Origin: Felis catus
Lineage: Eukaryota
Direction of reading: 5' to 3'
DNA: 64,000 nucleotides
NCBI RefSeq assembly: GCF_018350175.1
Contig: NC_058368.1
Location: forward strand, 174,346,001 to 174,410,000
The notes beneath the pieces are model-generated. The model was not told the origin of the DNA. It ran no database searches and saw only the letters and a list, made by a program, of their open reading frames with translations. This document shows, one piece after another, positions 14,218-27,471 of the stretch. The position numbers and the translations under genes are program-made. Position 1 is the first letter of the stretch. Each line of letters begins with the position of its first letter.

Positions 14218-14737
14218 CTGCAGAAAAGAGAATTCCAAAAGCATTACCTTACTCTGCCCGGATGACTAAATGCAAACACTTATTTCTCCCTGAAAACCAC
14301 TAAAAACCCAGAGCCTTCTTTGCACGGTCGCTCAGGCCAGGAGTACTTTCAAAACTCGTGGCCTGGTGGTGTCCATCTATTTCCCGCATGGGCGCACTTC
14401 TGGGACACGTGACAGCTTAGCCTGGCTGACGGACTGAGGGGCTTTGGAGTCGCAGAGTCTGGAGTCCACGTACTGGCATCCCTACCTCTCCGGAGGTGTG
14501 GGCGCAGGCACGTTCTTCTGCACACAGCCTCTAGCGGGCAGTTAGGGTCAGGGGACATTGGGCACAGTGCCAGGGACAGACCAGGGGCTTGGCAGATGGT
14601 GTGGGTGACGGCACTTCCCAAGCTCATTGGAAGACACAACTGGACCTGAACTATTCTAGGAAATAACTGAGAGGCTTGGAGCCAGGCAGGTGAGAAGAAA
14701 TTCAGAAGCTCTGCTACAGATATGAGAATCTGGGTAC

Positions 14738-14813
14738 CTTGGTCAATGCATTGAGTCCCAGAGCTGTTGCTACGGCTCCAGTTGTGGCGGAAACATAAGC
14801 TGTTCCCAATTCA
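14738..14813 (-). CDS. SFXN1: Sideroflexin-1 exon 5 (76 nt)
   Basis: ELGTAYVSATTGAVATALGLNALTK; ttttcag| acceptor, AAG|GTACC donor. Confidence 0.96.
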
Positions 14814-15567
14814 CTGAAAAGAAAGAGAAAGAACAGTGCGTAAGAAAGGAGGGCCATCAGGAAACTTGGGCTCGCCGTTTTCTAAAGAAATGAGGGAAGA
14901 TGTGAAAGAGTGTGACTAAGAGCGGAGAGCCCCCAAAACACACCCGCTATCGGTCTACACATAGAAACGCTGAAGGGGAGCAGGCGGACCCCGGAGAAGG
15001 GGCACCCCTAGCACACAAGCCGACTGCCACGTACGACGAGCGGCCACAGGGAGCCGGTTCCAGGGTGGGACGCAGGGGCTGTGCGTGCACGACGCCACAG
15101 TGCGGGGTGGAGGGAGGAGCAGCCGGGTCTGCGTGTTGGCAGCACGGCTGCTCAAGCGAAAGATACTTCCCCAGTATAAACATAGACACCGAAAGCAAAC
15201 CTGCGCCGCTGTCGTTCTTAAAACGATAGAACCTGTCGTATGGAACTACTGAAAGTCCCGTCCTCGACAGGCAACCAAGCACAGCGCTTTTCTCTCACTT
15301 TAAAAGAAATTTTAGTTCAAAGGGTTGGAAGAAACGAAGGTGTGATAAACACTGCTGGTGGCGGATTTCCACAGCCTTTGTTCCATTTGGGGAAAGAAGA
15401 CCGTGTGGACCGTCAGAAGCCATTTGAAGTGATGCGACGAAAAAGAAAACACTTTGAAGTGTTGTACAAGTTGAGCTAAAAGCTGTGGTTAGCTAATCAC
15501 TTCAGGACATTGAAACAGTTGTTTACAGGACTGGCTCTGTAGATGATTTATTTTAAAGACAAATCCT

Positions 15568-15783
15568 GGGGCACCTGAATGGCTCAGTCGGTTAAGCATC
15601 TGACTTCAGCTCGGGTCATGATCTCCTGGTTCATGAGTTCGAGCCCCGCGTCGGGCTCTGTGCTGACAGCTCGGAGCCTGGAGCCTGCTTCGGATTCTGT
15701 GTCTCCCTCGCTCTCTGCCCCTCCCCCCGCTCATGCTCTGTCTCTCTCTAAAATAAATAATAAAAACATCAGTAAAACCCCAG
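15568..15783 (+). mobile_element. Can-SINE in SFXN1 intron 4
   Basis: TSD aaagacaaatcctg at 15555-15568 and 15784-15797. Confidence 0.93.
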
Positions 15784-16112
15784 AAAGACAAATCCTGTAT
15801 GAGAGTCCCCCTGATTTCCGCAGAGATCGCACTACTGAGCCTGCTACTTTGGACACTGCTATCTGGTCACAGGCTCAGGATAGGTGGGGGCTGTCTAAAC
15901 TTGCCACAGGCGTTCTGCAGGGGGAGCTCGAGGGTGTGGGAGACAAACCCACCTACCAGCACCACTAACAGCACCAGCCCTGAGAAGGGAGGAGAAGAAA
16001 CACTACTGAAAACTATGCCCCGTGATATTCCGAACAGTATCAACAATTCGTATGGCACTGAATCAAGGGCACGCTGGAGAAGTCAGGGAACAGTTAACTC
16101 TTACAGTCTTAC

Positions 16113-16211
16113 TTTACAGTGAGGGGAGCGTCTCCACTTCTGTTGGTGTAATTGACCACGGCATTGAAGGACTGGTTAATCCACTGCCAGAACAGCACCG
16201 CCGGCGTGGTC
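16113..16211 (-). CDS. SFXN1: Sideroflexin-1 exon 4 (99 nt)
   Basis: [32 protein letters not shown](N), sideroflexin WQWxNQSFNAxVNYTNR motif; ttttag| acceptor, AA|GTAAG donor. Confidence 0.97.
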
Positions 16212-16952
16212 CTAAAATAGAGCGATCCATCACATACCGGCCATCGCCTGTGACCTAGCCGCTGTGCAGAACAGAAAATGTGAACACCAGTAACCAGAGG
16301 GGAGATGGACTGCGGAAGGAGGACGCTAGGGCAGAGACCGTGCATTCTGGGTCGAGGGCTTCGGACCTGTACGGCGGGGCAGATGCTCGCCCTCTGGTTC
16401 TCAGCTCCCTCGTTCTTTAGATACGAGTAACACCAAGCTCAAAGGGTTACAGTGAGGAGCAAGTTATCTTCCTTACATTTTATCTTAAATCTGTAAAGAG
16501 CCTGGCATACATACAGTAGGCACTCAACAAATGTCAGGTTCCTTCTCTTGGGGAAAAAAGAAGCCATTTGTAGGCAAAGTAGCCCTGATGCCTCCTGACC
16601 AACCACATGCACAAGCCTAAGTGTCCACGTCTACAGCTGCACCTACACTGTTTGTCATATGAACGGATTCAAAAGAGAATCTGCTTAGAGCGTTTTTTAA
16701 TTTTCTTCCCTCCATCTCATTTTCTTTTGGGTCTAAGATTTAGGGAAACATTCAGTCTCCTTTTGAACAACGAAGAGAATACTATTTATTTAGCACAGGG
16801 AAAAGTTAAACAACCCCCTAGAGTTACAACATCTATATGAAGTGGAACTCAACGTGAAATGATATTTCTTTCAATAAAACTATTCACATCCAAAACTGTA
16901 CTTGAAGCTTCTGTGATGTAAAATGAACTGCTGTCACATTTCCAGAACTTAC

Positions 16953-17123
16953 CTATAAAACGTCATCATACAACCTGTGATGGTCATGTTCATTGGAACC
17001 TGAGCTGACATTCTGCCTATCAAAATCATCTTTTCACCAGTGTCGGGATGAAAAGCTGAATCATAGATGTATTTTGCTCTCCATAACTCATTTTCTGTGA
17101 GACCAGGAGGAACAATTCCTTGC
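16953..17123 (-). CDS. SFXN1: Sideroflexin-1 exon 3 (171 nt)
   Basis: [56 protein letters not shown](R), containing the conserved HPDTGE motif; tccctag| acceptor, AG|GTAAG donor; phase continues exon 2. Confidence 0.97.
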
Positions 17124-17413
17124 CTAGGGAAACAAGAAATAACAAGGGAAATTTCATCTTAATTATCTCACCAGTGCTCTAGAGATGTGTAGCTAGAAAG
17201 TTCTTGAGTTTCCGCTTACCTGAAACAACCGTGCCTGCAAGTTACTAAGTGAAATTTTAGTAACACAAAAGACAGTAAACACAATGTACATTTCACACCC
17301 GTATATCTCAAATCGTCTGTAATTTTGAAAAACAAAAATTTACCTTATATCTTGAAGTACTCAACTCTGAAATATCCTTTGTTTTAAATGACGTATTTAA
17401 AAATGTATCTTGA

Positions 17414-17707
17414 GGGGCGCCTGGGTGGCTCAGTCGGTTAAGCGTCCGACTCTTGATCTTGGCTCAGGTCATGATCTCACAGTTTGCGAGTTCAAACCCC
17501 ATGTCGGGCCCTGCACTGACAGTACAGAGCCTGCTTGGGATTCTGTCTCTCCCTTCCCTGTTCTCCCCCCTCTCTGTCTCTCTCTCTCAAAATAAATAAG
17601 TAAAATTTTTAATAAAATTAAATAAATAAAAATGTATCTTTAACTTTGCAAACTCTAAAATATTTTTAACCAACTAGACAAAAGCCGTGGCAATCAAGAA
17701 CATTAAT

Positions 17708-17738
<31 letters not shown>

Positions 17739-17934
17739 AATTTTTTTTATTTATTTTTGAGACAGAGCATGAGCAGAGGAGGGGAAGAGAGAGAGGGAGA
17801 CACAGAACCCGAAGCAGGCTCCAGGCTCTGAGCTGTCGGCACACAGCCCGATGCAGGGCCCAAACCCACAAACCGCGAGATCGTGACCTGAGACAAAGTC
17901 GGACTCTTAACCGACTGAGCCACCCAGGCGCCCC
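17414..17934. mobile_element. Inverted Can-SINE pair (plus 17414-17627, minus about 17735-17934)
   Basis: Tail-to-tail SINEs about 110 bp apart. Confidence 0.92.
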
Positions 17935-18249
17935 ATTAATTTATTTTTAAACCTACAGTTTGAAACCCTAGGTTAGAAAGGCTTATGGTCTTGTTATCAA
18001 AGAAACGCATGTTCGTTGCTAAACATTTAGAAAACGCAGAAATTCATTACTGCAAAAAAAACCACTCAAGCCTGTAACTACTCATTCCCACCGACACTGT
18101 TGTGGTAAACGTGCTGCCAGTGTCTTGCAGGACCTGAATAGGCTACTTAGGACCTTTACAAAACACCAGACCCACTGCTTTATGACCACCTTTTTAAAAC
18201 AAGAAGTATTTTGTAAACATTTCTCTGGATCTTTCTTCTTCTATATCAT

Positions 18250-18682
18250 CTATACTGGGTTGAATTCATATCCACCCAGAACCTCAGAATGTGACCCTAT
18301 TCAGAATCAGGGTCTCTGCAGATGTAACAATTAAAATGAGGTCATGCTGAATTAGGGTGGGCCCTAAATCCAATGACTGGGGCCCTCAGAAGAGCCATGT
18401 GCAGACAAAGATGGCGGTCCCATGGTGGCAGAGGCAGAGATTGGAATAATGTAGCTGCAAGTCAAGGAACATCAAGGAAGGCCTCAGGCCACCAGAAGCT
18501 GCATGAGGGGAAGAAAGATTCTCCCCTAGATCCTTCTCAGAGAGACGGAGATGGCTCTCCCCACACCTTGACTTCAGACTTCTAGCTTCCAGAACTGCAA
18601 CAGAATAAATACATTTCTGTTGTTTCAAGCCACTCAGCTTGTGGTAGTTGGTTACAGCCGCCTGCCTTAGGAAACTAACACA
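18250..18682 (+). mobile_element. MaLR LTR, MLT1C-like
   Basis: cagaacctcagaatgtgaccc..attagggtgggccctaaatccaatgactgg..ccagaactg..aataaa..ggaaactaacaca, matching remembered MLT1B/C consensus. Confidence 0.8.
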
Positions 18683-19506
18683 TCATCCTTTCAAATGCTA
18701 CAGCATTCCACTGAATCTCAGATAGCAGATTATCCCAATCCCTTATTGTTGGACATTTTAATTGCTGCTAATCTTTTCATTTGTAAAGGATGAGGAAGTT
18801 AATCTTCTTATAAATAAATCTTTTCTGCATCCAAGATTATTTAGAAACGAGTACATTTGCTGTGGCAAAAGTTATATGAAACATTGAGACTCTAAATATG
18901 CCTTTCATCCTTTTCTTTACTTGACTGTTTTTTTTATTATCAGTGGCAGCAGCAACCTCACTGTTTAAGCAACTCACATGTACACTTAACACACTGTGGT
19001 TGATCTGGTTAGTTGTGTTACCGGCTGCCCAGAACATGTTTATCTTTATGTGGTCAGGTAGGAACAAATACCTAGAAAGGCCTGACCCACTGCAAGGTTG
19101 TACAAACATTCACCTCTACGTCCTATACTTTCAACATTGTTTTGTTGTTGTTGTTGTCAATGAAGTTTTTAGTTTATTTGGAATTTATCTTCAGTTATGA
19201 AAATGTGAAATTTGCTTAATTTTGCTTTCCCCCTGGCTGGTCTACCGTGCTAACACCAAGATTTACATGTTACAGTCATCATCTGCTGACATCCTGTGAA
19301 TGCCAGGCTTGGTTTTGGGGCTTTCTGTGCAGTTCCCACTATCTACACCTTGTGGGGCCGATCCCCACCCTTTTACAGACAGTCCATTTTATGCCTGGTA
19401 AGAACAGAGGTCTCTCCTACCATGACTCCTCATTTTCCCTTTCAAAAGTCCCTGAATTATACTCATTATTCTTCCAGACAATGCTTAGAATTATTCTGTC
19501 AGTTTT

Positions 19507-19950
19507 GGGGGCGCCTGGGTGGCTGAGTGGGTTGAGTGTCTGACTTTGGCTCAGGTCATGATCTCGCCCTTTGTGAGTTCGAGCCCCGTGTCGGGCTCTG
19601 TGCTGACAGCTCAGAGCCCGGAGCCTACTTCAGATTCTGTCTCTCTCTCTCTCTGCCCCTCCCCGACTTGTGCACACACGCATGTGCGATCTCTCTTTCT
19701 CTCTCTCAAAAAAATTAGTAACTACTAAAAAAAATTAAAAAGAACTATTTTGTCATTTTTCAATATTGATTTACTTATTTTAGAGAGAAAGAGTGGGGGG
19801 AAGGGGCTGAGAGAGAGGGTGAGAGAAAAACCCAAGCAGGGTCCAGCACAGAGCCTGATGTGGGACTTCATCTCATGAACTGTGAAATCATGACCTGAGC
19901 CGAAACCAAGAGTTGGGATGCTCAGCCGAATGAGCCACCCAGGTGCCCCT
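19507..19950. mobile_element. Inverted Can-SINE pair (plus 19507-19742, minus about 19765-19950)
   Basis: Tail-to-tail SINEs. Confidence 0.9.
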
Positions 19951-20265
19951 ATTTTGCCAATTTTATATGTGAACACAATTGTATTTGGATTGAAACTCTG
20001 TTCAGACTGACTGCATGTTTCTCCAGTTACTCAAAGGCTTCTCTTAATGACCCTCTGTGGTCGTCTAACTTCTTAACGCCTCCGGGTAAGTATATGCCCA
20101 GATGTTTCATATACAGGTATATACGTGTTTTGGTCTTAGGAATGATATTAAAAAATATTGTCTTATTATTGCTGGTATACGGCAAACTATTGACTCTTTG
20201 GGTGTAGCCCACTCATATTCTCTTATTTGTTCCACTAGCTTTTTAGTTGATTGGTAAGAATATCG

Positions 20266-20725
20266 GAAGGAAGGAAGGAAGGAAGGAAGGAAGGAAGGAA
20301 GGAAGGAAGGAAGAGGGAGAGAGAGAGGGAGGGAGGAAGGGAGAGTGGGAAGGAGGAAGGGAGGAAGGGAAAAAAGAAATTGTCTCATGTTTTTAGATCT
20401 CTACATCTTTTTTTATTATTTTTTTTAATGTTTATTTATTTTGGAGAGAGAGAAAGACAGAGCATAAGTGGGGAGGGGCAGAGAGGGAGACACAGAATCT
20501 GAAGCAGGCTCCAGGCTCTGAGCTGTCAGCACAGAGCCTGATGCAGGGCTCAAACTCACGGACCCCGAGATCATGACCCGAAGCAAAGTTGGACACTCAA
20601 CCGACTGAGTCACCCAGGCGCCCTTTATTTATTGAAGCAATCTCTGCATCCAACACAGGGCTTGAACTCAGGACCCTGAGATTAAGAATCACATGCTCCA
20701 CTGACTGACCTGGCCAGGTGCCCCT
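20266..20725. repeat. (GGAA)n / purine-rich microsatellite (20266-20375) followed by minus-strand Can-SINEs (20415-20623, about 20630-20725)
   Basis: Direct reading of the sequence. Confidence 0.9.
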
Positions 20726-21892
20726 CTTCCTCCTTTTTTTATGTTTACTTAGTTAGAGCTTCTAGAAAAATACTATACAATAGTGAAGATACAAGCATCC
20801 CTGACTTGCCCCTGACTTTAGAGAGAATGCCTTCTAGTGCAGGATTTTTAGGAGTGTTCTCCTGGATGTAAAAAGGGCCCACGTTCAAGTTTGAGAAAAA
20901 GGATTCAACAGCTTTCTTTAGTCCAAGACTTCATGGAATATTTAAAAAGTCAATGGGATAGGACATCCTCAAGAATGGCATGCAGGGGCATGCCTGGCTG
21001 GCTCCACAGGTAGAACGTGCAACACTTGATCTGGGGGTTGTAAGCTTGAGCCCCATGTTGGGTTTGGAGATTACTTAAAATCTTAAAAAACAAAAAAAAT
21101 GGGATGTAAACTTACTCAAATTTGACTACGGAATGGGATGTAAACTTACTCAAATTTGACTACGGAAGCCACCTTGTCTCTCCCTCTCTGGGTGTCTCTC
21201 TCCTTCTCTTGGTCTCTGGTGTCGGGGGGAAATATTCCACAGGATTGCTTTTCTGCAGAACTGTCTGGGAAGTTCAGTTCTCCTGTTTCATCATTTAGTG
21301 CGATACTGGCTGCTACTGTGGAATCTGTGTTTCTTACCATATTAAAGACACACTGTACCTTATTCCCAGCTGAGAAATTACTTTCTGAGAAACACATGGA
21401 TAATTTCACCTTCTTTTGGGCATCTATCAAGATGTGACTTTCCTGCTTTGGTGTGATAGATTATAGTGACAGATGCTCTAAAGTAAATCATCTTTTTTAT
21501 TCCTGGAATAAACCCTACCTGTTCAGGTTTTAACGTAAGGCTGGATGTGATGTGCCAGGATTTTATTTCGGAGTTTTGCCTTATGAATTTGTAAGATGGG
21601 CCACTGCTTTCTTTCAGCACACTTCTGTCATTTACAGTACCAGGGTTGCACATGAATTGGGAAGAATCTCCTTTTTTTCAGGAAATTACATCAGCTTTAT
21701 TAAGGTATAATTTAAACGCAATAAAAGTCACCCATTTTAAACGTACGATTTGATGAGTTTTGGAAAATGTACACAGTGGTGTGGCCACCTCCAGAATCAT
21801 GGTATGGAATGTTTTCATCTCCCCAAAAGTTCCTTCCGTTCCTTTCTGCCACTTCCTGGCAACCCCCAGTCAGCTTCCACCTTTTCCTCTGT

Positions 21893-22315
21893 ATCAGAAC
21901 TGGCAAACTACAGCCCATGGCCTGCTTCTGAATGGTTTGTGTGCTAAGAGTGGTTTGTACGTTTTTAGACAGTTGTTAAAAAAAAAAAGGCAGCGTGCTT
22001 GGGAGGCCCAGTCAGTTAAGTATCTGACTCGTGGTTTCGTTTCAGGTCGTGATCTCGTGGTTTCGTGAGTTCGAGCCCCACATCAGGCTCTGTGCTGACA
22101 GCGCAGAACATGTTTGGGATTCTCTCTCTTTCCCTCTCTCTCTGTCCCTCCTCACTCAGGCTCTGTCCCTCCCTCTCAAAATAAATAAATAAATGTTAAA
22201 AAAAAAAGCAAAACAACACAGAAGAATATGCAAGAGAGAATATGCAGACTGTATGGCCCGCAAAGCTGGAAATATTTACCACCTGGCCCTCTGTGGGAAA
22301 GGTGGGCCACCCCAC
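21893..22315. mobile_element. MER58B-like hAT DNA transposon interrupted by a SINE (about 21990-22207); second fragment at about 22875-23030
   Basis: ggcaaactacagccc..gctaagagtggttt / tatggcccgcaaagctggaaatatttaccacctggccct. Confidence 0.6.
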
Positions 22316-23545
22316 ACCCTTCACCGCTGGAAGAGCACCCCGGTTCGCTCCCCACGTCTTTGTTTCTACTCTCTCACCGAGCCAGCTCCGTCATTAACGC
22401 CCTGCCACTGCCTCCCGGGAAGCTTCATCATGCTCTTACAAAGAACTGTTAGCTTCTTTGCAATGTGTTTGTGCCCTTTCAACCCCTGTCTTTTCCTCTC
22501 CACCTCTCCTCTTTTTATGGCGCTTGGTCCAGATTCATAGGACACCTGCTTTTCTGAATTCCTGACTGTGCTTCTGCTGTCCTCCCTGCCTTGTTCTTCA
22601 GTACTTTCGTATATGCTTCCAGGACTGCTGTCCGGCTATTCTCTCTTTACGCACAAGCACGTGCTAAGATCCGGCCAGCCTCAGAGCTGGTCACAGAGTT
22701 TACAGGCTGCCCTTGGTTCCTTCCCCAACCACCCACGTGACCAACCATCAAACTCCCGCCTTGTGTATGCGGCTCGTGGCCCGAGTGCCCACTGCTCCGA
22801 TTCTCAGCTTCCGGTGGACTCCCCCCGAGAGCAGGAGTCTGTAAACTACTGTTTCTGGCTTGTCTGCCTTACTAGCTAAGAGTGGCTTTTAAGTTTTTAA
22901 AAGGATTGTTTAAGAAACAACAACAACGCAAACGCCAAACTAAGAAAAACAGGCGACAGAAACCCTTTGTGGCCCACAAAGCCCAAGATATTCTTATGTG
23001 GTCTTCGATGGAGACAGGTGTGACCACTGCCTTACTAGAGCATCTGTCTTCTCTGACCTCACGACCGACTCTTTGAGTTGATGAACTGCAGCCCAAACCT
23101 ACAAACCTGCCACCGGCATCTTTCCATCTGAGCTCCTGCCTGTGGGGTTTATTCACTGAGGTTCCAGCTCAGAAGCAACCAACCTACCCTAATTCTTAAC
23201 AACTTGTTTTCTACACGATGCTGTCTCCATCTGGAGACAGAAAGATACACAGGGGGCTACAGATGCTGGGGTGTACTTAAGAGGAGGAGGCAGAGCGCTG
23301 GGAGAGGGGACCTCACAGATTGGTACTTAGGAGCTGGAGGGATGGCTGTCTTATTTCCAGGTTACTGTGAACCCTGGATATCTGCATTCAGGCTCAGCAT
23401 AAAACAGGATAAGCTGTGTGTTCCTATTTCCTCTACTTTTTGGTTAAAAAGAAAGTTGTAAAATCACTAAGTGAAGGTTTAGAGATAATAGGTCACGTGA
23501 CGACCTATTACTATAGTCACCAAAAAGCATAGCCGTTAACGTTAC

Positions 23546-23709
23546 CTGTAATCATGCACCACTCTTCTAGCATTCTCTAGTTGTTCGTTGCTTAACAGAA
23601 TATTCCTGGGGTCTGTCACAGTGAAGAAATGATTGGCTCGTCCAACAAAGGTGCTTTGATCCCATCGAGGTTCCTTGATGTTAATGTTTGCTGGAAGTTC
23701 TCCAGACAT
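23546..23709 (-). CDS. SFXN1: Sideroflexin-1, first coding exon (exon 2), 164 coding nt
   Basis: Minus strand reads [54 protein letters not shown](R), the SFXN1 N-terminus. ATG at 23709; donor AG|GTAAC after 23546; candidate acceptors a few nt upstream of the ATG (exon start 23720, 23718 or 23713). Confidence 0.97.
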
Positions 23710-25040
23710 CGTCCTGGACTCTGCAGAGGGTCAAAAAGACAAGTCTAGTCAAGGCTTACAATGTTCCAACACGTTTTACAAACTTAGAGTCACATCAGCC
23801 TTCAGGCAAAGATTTATGTACATTCCTATTTACAAAAATAACTTGGCTATAACTGGCAGAAGGATCATCTACATCCAAAGCTTACTTTGTCCATAAATCC
23901 CACCTGATCTTAGCCAAATTTCACTAATTTCCCACATATTTCTCTTTATAAACACATAGTATCTCATCACTCCTTAACTTTTGGAAGCCTAGAAATACTC
24001 TAGAAAAAAAGAAATATAAAAAGTCAAAATTAACATCAGCAGTAACAGGGTCTGAAGTTTGAAACCCCTTTTCTCAAACTACTACTGCACTCTGGTCTAT
24101 TAAATTTGTTGTTTCTACCAGTAGAAGTGACTAATTATGCAAAAAAGGGTTAAGTAAATGCTAAACATCCTACAATTAGAACAAGATTCAGATTCAGGCA
24201 GGCTTGTTGAGCATATAAGAAGCCACCAATCAAAAAGACAAGTTATGTTCTTCAATCTAACATAGTGGAAAAAGCACAGTGACACAATCCCATGAATAAG
24301 ACTAAAACTGTAGCATTTAGTGTAGTTTCTGGCTAAGGACCATTACTATTTTCCCCAAAGTAAATAATTTCTTTCTCTGAGTGATACGCACTTATTTTTA
24401 AAACTGCACTGTATTATTAAAATGCATGCTTATCGTAGTATTCTGAATAATGTAAGCTTATTGGAGAAAACACAGAAGAAACAAAACCTCTGCTAATTTA
24501 GCCACACTGAAATAAACATCTTTAATGTTTTGGTAATTCCTTGCAGGCATTTTTTTATACATATTATCATATAAATAAAAAAATAAAGTTGATATCATAC
24601 TCTGTATTTTAATTTCCTCTTTTTTTTTTTTTTTGTTTTGTGCTTATTTCATGAGCATTTCCCACGGCACTAAATATTCATTTTGGGTACATAACAACAC
24701 CTTTAATGTTTAAGTTATTTCCAGTTTTTCACCATGATAAATCATGTTGTATCCTTGTCTCTGATCTCTTCAAAGCTGGTGATCTCCTTAGGCTTGATCT
24801 CTGCATGACATTAGCAGATTGAAGGACTGGATCACTATGAAGGCTTCAAACCATTGCTTTTGTATTCCTGTCTCCCTCCCCTACATTTCTAATACCAGTT
24901 CGAATAGCAGCTTTCTTCTCCAGGTGCTTCACAAGCTCTTAGGTACGGTAAGATGCCAGGTGCAGACGCTAGGCACTCTGGTCACTGGGCTTTATCAAAC
25001 TCTCAATACGTATCACAGCCCACCGGATCAAAAGCGAACG

Positions 25041-26615
25041 TGTTAGGACAACAGACGTGAGAAATCTAGTGCGTGTGACATAGCCGGTCAGGAAGAGTGA
25101 GAAGGTAAAAATCAGGTCGGCTGTTCATAAAGCCAGCTGGACTAGCAAACACAGATGAAGCCAACTGCAAAGTTAATGGGAAACCATACTTCTCCCAAGG
25201 TCACGATGCAGCTGTAAAGTGTCATAACACTGTCCCCTTCTTTGAGTGACCACTGCTTTCTTATCTCACCCAGACACCTTGTTTTCTATAATCACAAACT
25301 GTTAGAAACTTTGCTATTGGAAATCCAACAGAAAGAATGAAACATTCCACTCTTCACAAAGAAAAGGAGCCTGCCAGTATCCAAAATCTATAAAGACCTC
25401 ACCAAACCGAAAAAGACCTCACCACACCTGAAAAACAAACAATCCAGTGAAGAAATGGGCAAAAGACATGAATAGACACTTCTTTAAAGACATCAAGATG
25501 GCCACCAGGCACATGAAAAGATGCTCAACGTCACTCCTCACCAGGGAAATACAAATCAAAACCACACTGAGATACCACCTCACACCAGAGTGGCTAAAAT
25601 GAACAAATCAGGAGACTATACATGCTAGAGAAGATGTGGAGAAACGGGAACCCTCTTGCACTGTTGGTGGGAATGCAAACTGGTGCAGCAGCTCTGGACA
25701 ACAGTGTGGAGGTTCCTCAAAAGATTAAAAAATAGCACTGCTAGGAATTTACCCAAGGGATACAGGAGTGCTGATGCATAGGGGCACTTGTACCCCAATG
25801 TTTACAGCAGCACTTTCAACAATAGCCAAATTATGCAAAGAGCCTAAATGTCCATCAACTGATGAATGGATACAGAAATTGTGGTTTATATACACAACGG
25901 AATACTACTTGGCAATGAAAAAGAATGAAATATGGCCTTTTGGAGCAACATGGATGAAACTGGAGAGTGTCACACTAAGTGAAATAAGTCATACAGAGAA
26001 AGACAGATACCATATGTTTTCACTCTTATGTGGATCCTGAGAAACTTAACAGAAGACCATGGGGGTGGGGAAGGGGAAAAAAAAAGTTAGAGAGGGAGGG
26101 AGGCAAACCATAAAAGACTCTTAAAAACTGAGAATAAACTGAGGGTTGATGGGGGGTGGGAGGGAGGGGAAAGTGGGTGATGGGCATTGAGGAGGGCACC
26201 TGTTGGGATGAGCACTGGGTGCTGTATGGAAACCGATTTGACAATAAACTTCATATTAAAAAAAAGGAAAGAAAAGAAAAGGAGCCTGGATTCCCAGCCT
26301 AGGTGTGGAGTTTATCACAGAGTTTCTGGACACGACATTCCACAAATTTTTAACGCTGTAATTTCCAAGGAAACAGGGCAGTGGGACCACTTCAGGGTCT
26401 AGACCTTAACACGCAGCCCTGGTTGAAGCCAATCAAAATACTGTTTCACTGAACTTCATCTAAAGTCCATTGTTCTCCAAGATGCTCTATAAGATTTATC
26501 TCCTCCTTTGTTGGTTCCTCTGGTGTGTGGTCTCCCTCAATGCAAGAAGCCAATGAACGGGACTTTGTTGACTACAGCTTTGTCCCTGCTGGGTTTTGGC
26601 TGACTGGGCTATGGT
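25041..26615 (+). mobile_element. Probable solo ERV LTR (MER34/MER39-like) split by the L1
   Basis: Starts tgttaggacaac; the 3' part tgtgtggtctccctc..gcaagaagccaatgaac..actttgttgactacag..ttttggctga resembles remembered ERV1-type LTR ends. Family uncertain. Confidence 0.45.
25374..26272 (+). mobile_element. 5'-truncated felid L1 (ORF2 C-terminus plus 3'UTR)
   Basis: ORF2 tail peptide [28 protein letters not shown]1 3'UTR and poly(A); perfect 16-bp TSD aaagaaaaggagcctg at 25358-25373 and 26273-26288. Confidence 0.93.
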
Positions 26616-27247
26616 AAGAGAAAACGTCTTAAATTTCAACCTAGAACACATCAAAATCAAGGGCTATGTAGTACACATCAAAGAGTTGTGCCACTGTTAT
26701 GAGAAATGTCTAAATTATGAATTCGAATACATCAAATGTGTTACTTACAAAACATACACAAAGCAAAACAAAAACTCCAATTCACACCCAGGAGAGCAGT
26801 AGCTTCCAGACTTGTCTGCTGAGACACCTTCATGCCCCGCAGGGAGTGGAGGGGATTCAGCAGGTGGGGCTACAGCGAAGGATGTTGACAAGGAGTGACC
26901 AGCATGAGGAAAAGCAGGACAGGGTGGTGTCCTAGAAAATAGGCCAAGTGAATCCCTTGGTAGTCCAGCTGGCCAAAATGAAGAACACCTTGGTAGGTGG
27001 TTACTCCCATTTGGGAACGTGAAGACGGGAGAATACAGCCCTCTGAGGAGCCAGTCTAGGGGGAGGGGAACACTGCAGAACTCTGCACGTTCTAAAAACT
27101 CTCAGCAATGGTGGCTGCAAGTAGGGAGAGATGGTACACACACGTTAAGTGTTCCTCCTTAGGGAACGGTTTGTCCCCGCAAAGGCAATTACTATCTCCT
27201 GTCTAGAGATTCTGACCCAGTAGGCCTAGCAGAAGGCCAGGCATGAG

Positions 27248-27471
27248 ATTTTTTTTTTTTTTTTTTTACATTTATTTGTTTTTGAGAGACAGAGAGACAC
27301 AGAGCCCAAGTTGGGGAGGGGCAGAGAGAGAAGGAGACACAGAATCCGAAGCAGGCTCCAGGCTCTGAGCTGTCAGCACAGAGCCCGATGCAGGGTTCGG
27401 ACCCATGAACCGTGAGACCATGCTCTGAGCCGAAGTTGGACGCTTAACCGACTGAACTACCCAGGGGCCCC
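27248..27471 (-). mobile_element. Can-SINE
   Basis: Poly-T tail, gagacacagaatccgaagcaggctccaggctc core. Confidence 0.92.

Noticed and set aside
15579..15968. Recurrent MAQSVKRPTSAQV.. and RGRERGRHRI.. ORFs across the window
   Set aside because: Translations of Can-SINE copies, not a gene family.
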